Below, in pieces: positions 12,927 to 23,425 of a DNA stretch of 64,000 nt. Every line of letters begins with the position of its first letter. Positions within the stretch are counted from its first letter, which is position 1. The stretch is taken from assembly GCA_051362555.1 (NCBI GenBank), contig CM120648.1, positions 39,721-103,720 on the forward strand. Reading direction: 5' to 3'. Made by a program: the position numbers and the translations under genes. Below the pieces are notes generated by a model, which did no database searches, was not told the origin of the DNA, and saw nothing but the letters and a program-made list of their open reading frames with translations. Source of the DNA: Lingula anatina. Taxonomy: Eukaryota; Animalia; Brachiopoda.

Positions 12927-15491
12927 CTACCTCTTCCTTTTTTCTTCTTCTGTTTGCCTCTCCAGTTCCTGAACCTCTAATTCCAGCTCAACCAAAGCCC
13001 GCTCTATCTCGTAGTTCTTGCTTACAAGGCCTACCCAGCTGCAAATAAGTAAATGAATAAATAAAAAGAAACCACAAGATAACCTAGTTAACATTATTAC
13101 TTTTTCACGAGTTTCTATTAACAAACTTTAATTTTACCATCAATGTAAAACTGGATAACATAATGTCAGAACATCAGACCACTCACAAACTGGATAACAT
13201 AATGTTAGAACATCAGACCACTCACAAACTGGATAACATTGTCTCAGAACATCAGACCACTCACAAACTGGATAACATAATCTCAGAACATCAGACCACT
13301 CACAAAATGGATAACATAATGTCAGAACATCAGACCACTCACAAACTGGATAACATAATGTCAGAACATCAGACCACTCACAAACTGGATAACATAATGT
13401 CAGAACATCAGACCACTCACAAACTGGATAACATAATGTCAGAACATCAGACCACTCACAAACTGGATAACATAATGTCAGAACATCAGACCACTCACAA
13501 ACTGGATAACATAATGTCAGAACATCAAACCACTCACAAACTGGATAACATAATGTCAGAACATCAAACCACTCACAAACTGGATAACATAATGTCAGAA
13601 CATCAAACCACTCACAAACTGGATAACATAATGTCAGAACATCAGCCAATTCACAAACTGGATAACATAATCTCAGAACATCCGCCAATTCACAAACTGG
13701 ATAACATAATCACAGAACATCAGCCAATTCACAAACTGGATAACATAATCACAGAACATCAGACCACTCACAAACTGGATAACATAATCTCAGAACATCA
13801 GACCACTCACAAACTGGATAACATAATCACAGAACATCAGACCACTCACAAACTGGATAACATAATGTCAGAACATCAGACCACTCACATACTGGATAAT
13901 ATCATCTCAGAACATCAGACCACTCACAAACTGGATAACATAATGTCAGAACATCGGACCACTCACAAACTGGATAACATAATGTCAGAACATCAGACCA
14001 CTCACAAACTGGATAACATAATGTCAGAACATCAGACCACTCACAAACTGGATAACATAATCACAGAACATCAGACCACTTACAAACTGGATAATATCAT
14101 CTCAGAACATCAGACCACTCACAAACTGGATAACATAATGTCAGAACATCAGACCACTCACAAACTGGATAACATAATGTCAGAACATCAGACCACTCAC
14201 AAACTGGATAACATAATGTCAGAACATCAGACCACTCACAAACTGGATAACATAATGTCAGAACATCAAACCACTCACAAACTGGATAACATAATGTCAG
14301 AACATCAGACCACTCACAAACTGGATAACATTGTCTCAGAACATCAGACCACTCACAAACTGGATAACATTGTCTCAGAACATCAGACCACTCACAAACT
14401 GGATAACATTGTCTCAGAACATCAGACCACTCACAAACTGGATAACATAATGTCAGAACATCAGACCACTCACAAACTGGATAACATTGTCTCAGAACAT
14501 CAGACCACTCACAAACTGGATAACATAATGTTAGAACATCAGACCACTCACAAACTGGATAACATTGTCTCAGAACATCAGACCACTCACAAACTGGATA
14601 ACATAATGTCAGAACATCAGACCACTCACAAACTGGATAACATAATGTCAGAACATCAAACCACTCACAAACTGGATAACATAATCTCAGAACATCAAAC
14701 CACTCACAAACTGGATAACATAATCTCAGAACATCAGACCACTCACAAACTGGATAACATAATCTCAGAACATCAGGCAACTCACTTGTCCTCCAGAGCT
14801 TTCAGTTTTTGTCCAGCAATGGTTTGCTCATTTTTCCTTTCCCAGTTAATTTCCTGGATGACTTTTCTGTGAAAAACAAGATAATACGAATTCGCAAATA
14901 TACATTATAAATAAATACAATATGGCTGGTGATCGAAACACATTAATTGATTCATCATTGAATTTTATTTCATACTGCTATCAAATTGGAGACATTTAAT
15001 CTCAATTTCAGTCTACTCAGAGGAGCTGTTATATGTCTTCCAGTACTTATCACATCAGTTTATATAGTTTCTTACCTGAGGTCTGTCAGTTGTTTCTGAG
15101 ACTGTTCCACCATCTGTGCCAATGAGCTGTTATATGTCTTCCAGGTCAATGCACCGTACTGAGACATCAGCTCGAGGTTGGTGATTCTAAAACAAGAAAA
15201 ATGATCTATTCTGGTTACCCAAACTGGAGCTGTATTTTAACCCAAGAATCAATCTTGTACGCCTGAGAAAAATAAGTAACACATTCTCTTTCTTTTTATA
15301 GTGTTAATGAGTACTACCAGTGTCAAGAAGAGAATCTTTTATACAACAAACCCTAACTTATATCAAATTCTGAGCCTTTTCTGAGCCATAAGTTGCTCTG
15401 TCCACCCCCAACCCACTCTTTGCTGCCTTGCCTTTAAGCCTATTTCTGCTGTCTGCAAGTTCTACTACTTCTAACCACACTCTAATCCTCC

Positions 15492-15522
<31 letters not shown>

Positions 15523-17041
15523 ACCAAGCCTTTGCTGTCTCACCTTAAAGCCTGGTGCTCTAGCTGTGCCTGTGAGTTCTCTACTGCCTCTGTCTACCCC
15601 CCTAACTTCCCCCCCACAAACACACCAAGCCTTTGCCTCACCTTAAAGCCTGATGCTCTAGCTGTGCCTGTGAGTTCTCTACTGCCTCTGTCTACCCCCC
15701 TAACTTCCCCCCCACAAACACACCAAGCCTTTGCCTCACCTTAAAGCCTGATGCTCTAGCTGTGCCTGTGAGTTCTCTACTGCCTCTGTCCACGCTGCTA
15801 CATCTGTCATTTTCCCTGGGGGAGGGGCTGGAAGTTCATACCTAAAATGTAACCATACTTTTTAATACACAAGTTATGCATTGATTGAGCTCTAAAATAT
15901 CACAAAACCAATTACATTTCAATGTTTAAAACACATAATATTTAAATCATAACAACAACAATACTTGCAATTATCATAACAATAAACCTACATTGTGGCC
16001 ATCTAAAAATGAAAATTTTACCTTCAAACTTTTCTGAATGTTTTTCAGTCACATAAAAGGTTTTGAGCTAACTTAAAATGAGCACAAGTTTGCCACAAGC
16101 TTTGAATTCTCCCTTAAATATGTTTCTACAGGTATCTAAATATGAAGAAAATGGCATGACGTTAACCTTTTCATGCTCAGCATGTCCATTGGCAATCTGG
16201 CTTGGAGTCTCTCAAACTCATTTTTCATAATTTCAGTCTGGAAAGAACAAAGAAGAAAGAATATATCATATTAAAGGAGGAATTTACACTGAGGGATCTA
16301 CCATTTTGCATTAGGGTGTGGATGTGTGGTTATGGTGTGTCTGTGGGGGGGGGGGGGAGGTTTCCTTGCTCAGTAAATATTAAAAAAATAGACAAGAACA
16401 ATTTTACTCTTACACATAGGGTACTGAGACTGGAAAAATAATCAATCTGTCTTGTGCTGCTTGTTAAAATGTTCACTGTTATGTGTATTATTCATCTATC
16501 CATTTATTTAAGGAGGGAGGGGGGCATCATAACTAAGTGAGGAGCATGTGTTCAATCTGACCTTCCCCTTATATCCAATTTGACTTGGTGAAAAATGAAG
16601 ATAATTATTAATAAGCAAACAATAAACAGGTAATCATCCTTCATTTCTCTCACAAAAGTTACCTCAAAAGCACTGTAGTTAGGTGTGGTCAGGTAATCCA
16701 GGTAGTTCTTAGTTGGACGATATCTTCTGGTCTCTTCATCTACCAAGGCAAGAGCCTGAAATATAGATCGAAAATACATATCTGCTCTCTTCTTGTTATG
16801 TTGCCTATGTGGCGTTAGCACCCAACGTTAGCCGTTAAGACGGTTTCAACAACTAACGACTGGAACTCTTCATTATCATGCTATTTTCAGGTGGAAATGA
16901 GATCAAATCAGTTAGATATTAGTTAGTGAATAGATTTGTGAAAAACTGATGTGTCCTCACCGCTTCTTTCACTCCAGGCTCATCGTAACCTTTGTCAAAA
17001 TAAGGGAGAGCGTCAACAACAACCCCGTGCTCGCTCGCCAT
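12927..17041 (-). CDS. BCAS2: Pre-mRNA-splicing factor SPF27/BCAS2 (7 exons, 216 aa)
   Basis: Exons 17041-16961, 16755-16663, 16237-16167, 15841-15740, 15186-15076, 14866-14786, 13038-12927; all GT-AG, 651 nt. Translation [46 protein letters not shown]...MKRYELPAP...[20 protein letters not shown]...[13 protein letters not shown] matches the BCAS2 sequence I know end to end. Confidence 0.97.
13148..14785. repeat. 39-bp minisatellite, ~42 copies, in BCAS2 intron 6
   Basis: Unit AAACTGGATAACATAATGTCAGAACATCAGACCACTCAC. It produces the repetitive 569-, 182- and 227-aa ORFs of the track. Confidence 0.97.
15519..15791. repeat. ~98-bp tandem repeat (x3) spanning the BCAS2 exon 4 donor
   Basis: CTCACCTTAAAGCCTG(A/G)TGCTCTAGCTGTGCCTGTGAGTTCTCTACTGCCTCTGTC recurs at about 15539, 15637 and 15735; the last copy is the real exon end. 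Confidence 0.93.
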
Positions 17042-17400
17042 GATGGATTTTGTCAGGGTCGTTGTCTCGTTTTCGCAAGGCTGTCTTGTCACGGTCTCAG
17101 AGAATTAACGTGCACAGACCGTCATAACATTTTGAGACTGCAGCAATTTCTTGAAAATAGCGAGTGGATGTAACATACACTTTGCCAGCGATTGTTGTAA
17201 CTGACCAAACCACCCATCATATACGTTCACTCTTGTTTTGGGGTGCTTGTGTGCGAGATTGGACGCTCTAGATGCTTAGAGTGCATACGAAGCTCAGTCA
17301 AATCACGAACCGCTCGAGTCACGTCACGCCGGTAGTGAGTAGGAAGTTTGGGGAAGTTTGTTATTACTTGGTAAGGTGGATATGTTAAGAATAATATCAT
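17042..17400. promoter_or_regulatory. Putative bidirectional promoter between BCAS2 (-) and TMC (+)
   Basis: CpG-enriched interval. The divergent start codons are 17041 and 17802. GATTGG (CCAAT box) at about 17257, CRE-like TCACGTCA at about 17319, and plus-strand donors GTAAGG (17371) and GTAAGT (17402) for a likely 5' UTR exon. Confidence 0.55.
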
Positions 17401-17801
17401 CGTAAGTATGCGTATATTGTCAGTTGAAAATAATGTATGCATTCCATTCTACTCAATAATTCAAGCGTCCAAAAATATCATTATAGTTTTTTTTTTTGAC
17501 GCGGCGTAGATGTAAACTTGGTCGTATACTGATTACTGTGCCTAGTAGTAGTACCAGGCGACCGTCAGTGATTAGATTATTATAAAGTGACCGTAACAAG
17601 GTGTTCAGATATGTAGGAAGTGTTCATGACCCTTGAACTCGTGACGCATGATTTAATGTGGCACAGTTGTCAAGTGCTGACAGTAGACCGTAGCACGGTG
17701 ACATTTTTATTATTTTCTTTTGTTATTCACAATTACTGATCGAGTTTTTTTTGCATGTAACAGGCACGTGTTTTTATGATAGTTGTCAATACCAGAACAA
17801 A

Positions 17802-20800
17802 ATGAGTGGTCGAATCCCACTTGAAGAAGAAAGCATCCATCTTCTGCACCAAGATGATGGTTATTCAGACTATGGTAGGTAAAGATGATTTAAATGTCAG
17901 CTAGTATATACATTTCTCTCTTTACTGGTAATTAATGAAGTGTATTTCATAAAATTATTTTAAACTTACATCTAGTACATTTAGGATATCCTTGAAAAAA
18001 AATAATGAATGAAAGCAAGCTAGCATGCATGTAAAGAGACAAATTAAATAAATGAATAATTATACATTATAAAATAAATAAATTATTCAATACTAAACAT
18101 GCAGAAAAGTAAATAAACATAGTATTAAAAAATTAAGCATATGACCGATGACCTATAACAGTTACTGTGTAATATCAGATAACTATAAACTATAAATTCA
18201 GGCTCTGGTAATAATGTGATCAGAAGAACTTCCACCAGGCGTCGTAGCACAGTCCCAGGGCTTAGTGATGTAGACTACATGAGACGATCTAGATATCGTC
18301 AGTTTTATACAGAGGCAAGGTAAGATATTTAATAATGGCTATGACTACATGAGACGATTTAGATACCATCTGTTTTATACTGAGGCAAGGTAGGATATTA
18401 AATAATGGCTATAGTATATGACTACATGAAACGATCTAGATATCATCAGTTTTATACTGAGGCAAGGTAGGATATTAAATAATGGATATGACTACATGAG
18501 ATGATCTAGATATCATCAGTTTTATACTGAGGCAAGGTAGGATATTAAATAATGGATATCACATTAACTTAAAGTTTATCATACATGTATAACTTTTCAG
18601 ATTTGCAGACTTAGAAAAGTGAAGAATGCTGAATGAAATGCACAGTCTCATTTCTAGGACCATGCACTTTTTCTTAAAATTTAACCGATCCGTCATCTAA
18701 GTACACCTTGCATGTACTGCATATTTGCAGGTCAAATGACACTGGACAACTTTACCAAGGTGATGGAGGCAGGTACCAGGACAGAGGCTCTGTGAAGGAG
18801 AGTATCAACTTCCACCTCCATTTCCTCCAGAGCTGTAGAGAACAACCCTGGCCCATGAGGCAGAAAATACAGGCTGCTGAGTATGTACCTACATATGCTT
18901 ACATATGTGTGCACAGGTTTATGTGGACATATGTGCATGTTCTAATTTTGGTATTTTAGGTAAACTATACAAGTTTGTACAAGGCTGTAGCTGAGGAGTT
19001 TAATGCAAATACAAAATGTGATTTACAGTACATGTACTTTGGCTGAGAAATTTCCTTTTTTGCCATTTTGTCACAGGTTTGGTGAAACTCTATTTTGCAG
19101 GCTTGTAACCAGAATTTTCAAAGGGGTGTTCTTCTGGAAAAGTTGATCTTTTTACCAATTTAGCACATCTGGCCTGAGAAATGGCATAGAGCAAATTAAT
19201 ATCCAAACAGAACCTTTTTCCAGCCAGAAGGCTAGTTCTTAATTCCTAACCTCATGAACATCCACTGCCTACATGTGTCACCTTGATGTGGTATCTGGCA
19301 AAAGGCTCCATAAAATAATAAATATGATTAGCCCAAACATGTGCTGTCAAATTATTTCACCTTGTAACCTTTTGGTTTCAATAAACTATCTGATATCAAC
19401 AGGTGTAGATAGTGGGATTGGGACTGAAACAAATAAACAAACGTTATTAATAACGATAACATCTGATAACAGTGTACACGTTTCAGATTTGTCAACTGTT
19501 ACAGAATTTATTTCATTGTCATTAACTATTCCTTGTTGACTAATGTAACACAGACAACGATGAGTTCACAAAATATATTGTAATGTTTGAATTATGGCAT
19601 TTGAATATATTGTTGTATGCAGTATTATCTGATTTCAGACAGGCCCGTGAGTTCTTAAGACTACAAACTGGAAGATTGGATACAATAGACAGTTTCCAAC
19701 ACAGACAGCTACAGGTGATACAGTGTGTGACAGGAAAAGAATTGAATGACAGCAGAATAACAGTTTTAACTATGAATTTACTTTGTGGAAGGAAATGTAC
19801 AGTTTAACATGTTAATTTGATTGTTGTATTATTTTCATTGTGTAATATTTTATACAGAAAATATTCTTGATTCATTTCCAATTGCTTATGGTATTTTTTT
19901 TCCCAGGCTGTAAGAGAAACTAGCAGAAAGGCTAATGATACTATATTCAGTCTCTCTATTTGGAAAGGAAAAATCAAGAAAATAGAAGGTAACTACAGTA
20001 AACTCGTTAGCGTATGAGACTGCGTAATTACGCGTTGTTTTGCTGTTTTTACGCATTGGCTGGAGCCCCAGCGCGTACGAATACGCACACCTTTGGCTTT
20101 GAAGATCGGCGAAGTTGACCAGTCCGTTGACTGTTGACGGTCAGACTCATGTTGAAAATGTCAGAATTGATTCCCAAGTGTCTCATTTTTTTCTTAAGAT
20201 ATTTGAATTACCCGACTAAAACATGCTTCTTCTTTCACTGACCCGCAGAGGATGACGTAATCTTCTCTGATTGGTCATAATATGCAAGTTTTAGGTCAAA
20301 GCACGTGTGCCTCTCTTTAGTATAAACAAGGTATGAACAACGATGAAATGATCGTTTTTTTATTCACATAATTGTTCAACATTTTAATTGAGCAACCATA
20401 CGTTTAGGACCAATTTAAATCACTCGCCCAGACCAAATACTTTAGGCCAATAACCCTTGTGACTTTTGTAGTTTTAGTCGTCAGAATAAATTTTTAGTCG
20501 CATTTGACGAGCGGGCGACCGGGAATTTCCAGCTCTGCTGATTACCAGTGATGACAAAATGACGAGAAAAAGGAAAAGCAAAGGAAAAAAACAACAGTCA
20601 ATTAAAAGGTTTTGTCATGCAAGGAAGGCAAAGTTATTTACTATAGATTTCAGAGTCCGACATACATGTACCTACTTGCGATGGTTGCGGGGGCGTCTCG
20701 ATAGTCCGAAGGTTCATTGGTCCGAAGGTTCATTGGTCCGAAAAGTGGTAACATTTTTATCGATTTTTTTAATCAAGGGTTCATTGGTCCGAAGGTTCTA

Positions 20801-23391
20801 TAGTGAACATTCGGACCAATGAACCTTCGGACTATTGAACCTTCGGACTATCGCTACGGCCCCATGGTTGCATTTCGCAACTAGTTTTATCAGCCGGGCA
20901 CTGAAAATTTAGCTGGTAGTCGCCCGGAAACGCAAGTGACTTTCGGCTGTTCACTTGCCCGGAAAATTTGAAGTGTAAAATTTATTATCACAGACAAAAT
21001 AGATCGTTTATTATTGGCAGTCATTTGCCGGTTGGAAACAAAGTGGTTTGCAGCAACCGGCTAGCTCCAGATTTGGCCAGCTTAGAAAACAGTTGAACTT
21101 GAAGTGCTGCGCTAACAAACATAAATAAAAATTATCTTTCAACAAACTGTGAAATAATATTTCTAGTAATTATTTACAAATTGAAAGCAAAGGTTTAATT
21201 TTTATAAACAATTTAGTAAAACTTAAAAACGACGGGTGCCTAATGTTCCCGACTTGACCTACTTTTTGTCGGCATCAATTTTAGGGAGAAACACTAGGGA
21301 GAGTAAGAAGTATGAACATTTTGATTGATTTAAATGGCTAAATATGTAAATTTTGTGTCCCTTCTCAAATAGTATATTAAAAAATGCTTGTTTGACAGAG
21401 ACGGATACTGGGTGACTACTTGTCAGTGTCCAGACATTTTGGCGCCGTTCTCTCTCTCTCCCTCTCCCAACTATTACAGAGCGCTTGTTTGACCTAGTTT
21501 TTTTAAAAACTTTACTAAGGAAGCAGTTAGGCCAGGAGCATTTTTAAATCTCAGTCACGAATAGATTGTAAATTTTTGGCTATGAAGTGCAGTCGTACTT
21601 GTTGTATTTTGATTGTTTCTGTGGTAATTTAAAAGCAATGTAAAATCTCTAATAAATTACATGTTATATTTTCACACACCCCCCCACTGATTTTTGGAGA
21701 AAAAGCCAAATAAACAACACTATAAGGTGACATAGTAACTACCTGTTTGTTTTTTTAATTAAAATACATTTACAATTTTTTTATAGTGACCAACTACCAA
21801 CTGCAGTGTCACAGAATGATACTCCACTGTCCCAGATTGTTCCTCCACTATCCCAGTCTGATGATCTGCACAAAGTCGCAGTTTAATTTTGTTTTCTTTT
21901 TGTTAAATTGCAATAATAAAAGATTTTGGATAAAAGGATAGTGGGTTATTGTTATGAAAGTGAACTGTGTGATTGCATGATTATTAATACACAAAATTAC
22001 ACCTTGATGAGCATTTTTTAATTTTACCCCTTCATTTTGAAAATTACCCCTTCTTTTTTTGGGCAAGGGGTACGGTACTCCCTTAGAAAAATCCTACCGA
22101 GTGCACTGTAACTATGTCTTTGCCAAAGTTTCCTCAAATAAGTTTTAGTAAGAACTTAGCTATGGCTTTAAAACATTCAATACGCTAAACAAAGACTAAT
22201 TTTAGGTTGAACTGATGATTTTTGGTAGATGTACCCCTGGTCTTTCCTTTTATTTGTATAACTCTGCCTCACGCTTTATTTTTAGCCTACTTTGGAACTG
22301 GTGTGTCGTCCTATTTTGTTTTTTTGAGAACTTTGCTTTGGCTGAACCTGGTGATGGGAGTGTTGGTTTTCTGTTTTATATCTCTGCCCCAGGTAAAATG
22401 TTCATATCATAGTTTGATTTTGGACACAATTTCATTGTCATATCTGACATGTCACATGTAACACACTTTCACAACAAACACACTGTCACACCCAATACAG
22501 TGTTACAGCTAACACACTGTCACATCTATCACATCGTCACATCTAACACAGTCACATCTATCACATCGTCACATCTAACACACTGTCACATCTATCACAT
22601 TGTCACAGCTAACACACTGTAACATCTATCACATTGTCAAACCTAACTTGGTTTTACATCTTACACATCGTTGCATCTAACACATTTATTTATCAAGACC
22701 CAATTTACACTTAAATACTGAGTACATGGTCATGGAATGAATATAATAATGCAGGGCATAACAGTTGCAATCAGCTACAAAATTATTTATTTTTAACAAT
22801 GAATGAAACAAAGTTACATTACTGTTTTGTGTGCTGCACCCTTTACTGAAAAATATACATCTACATTACAGGTTCTCATTGGAGATGGCACTGTTCTGAA
22901 TGCGACATTTGGTTTGGTATGTCCAAGCTTTATTTGATACTGAGTCATGCATGCATATAGTATTTAAGTGGTTTTAGAATCAATGGTTAAGCTTTTATTC
23001 ATTGGATTACATATATTGCATGATAGTGTCTAAAATGATCATTCATTATGTGACGTTGGTGTCCAAGATAATACTTTTTTTCTGGCTCTTTTTAAGCACT
23101 GTCACATCCAACTTTGGATCTTAAATGTCTAACACACTGATATCTGAGACAGTACCAGTATTTCTTTTGATTGTCCCACTCACAAAGAACCAGTATTTCT
23201 TTGTCCCATTTGCAAAGAACGAAGATATCTTTTTAATTGTCCCACTCTCTAACTGATCACTTCTATCAGACAATATCATAATTTATAGGGAACTGAATTA
23301 AGTGCCATTTCATTGTTCAGTTATTTGCAGATCTGAAGTTATCAAAATGCACAAAAAATGATGAAAAATGACTGTAAGTTATCATTTTAGG

Positions 23392-23425
<34 letters not shown>

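Noticed and set aside
13148-14785. CRISPR-like regular repeat
   Set aside because: Head-to-tail units with no unique spacers, eukaryotic context, no cas genes.
13163-14872. 569-aa ORF ([13 protein letters not shown] repeats) and antisense Cys-rich ORFs
   Set aside because: By-product of a 39-bp (3n) minisatellite inside BCAS2 intron 6; no unique coding sequence or promoter evidence.
22205-22272. Possible decayed echo of TMC exon 6 upstream of its acceptor
   Set aside because: Similarity is patchy and T-rich; cannot be separated from chance by eye.
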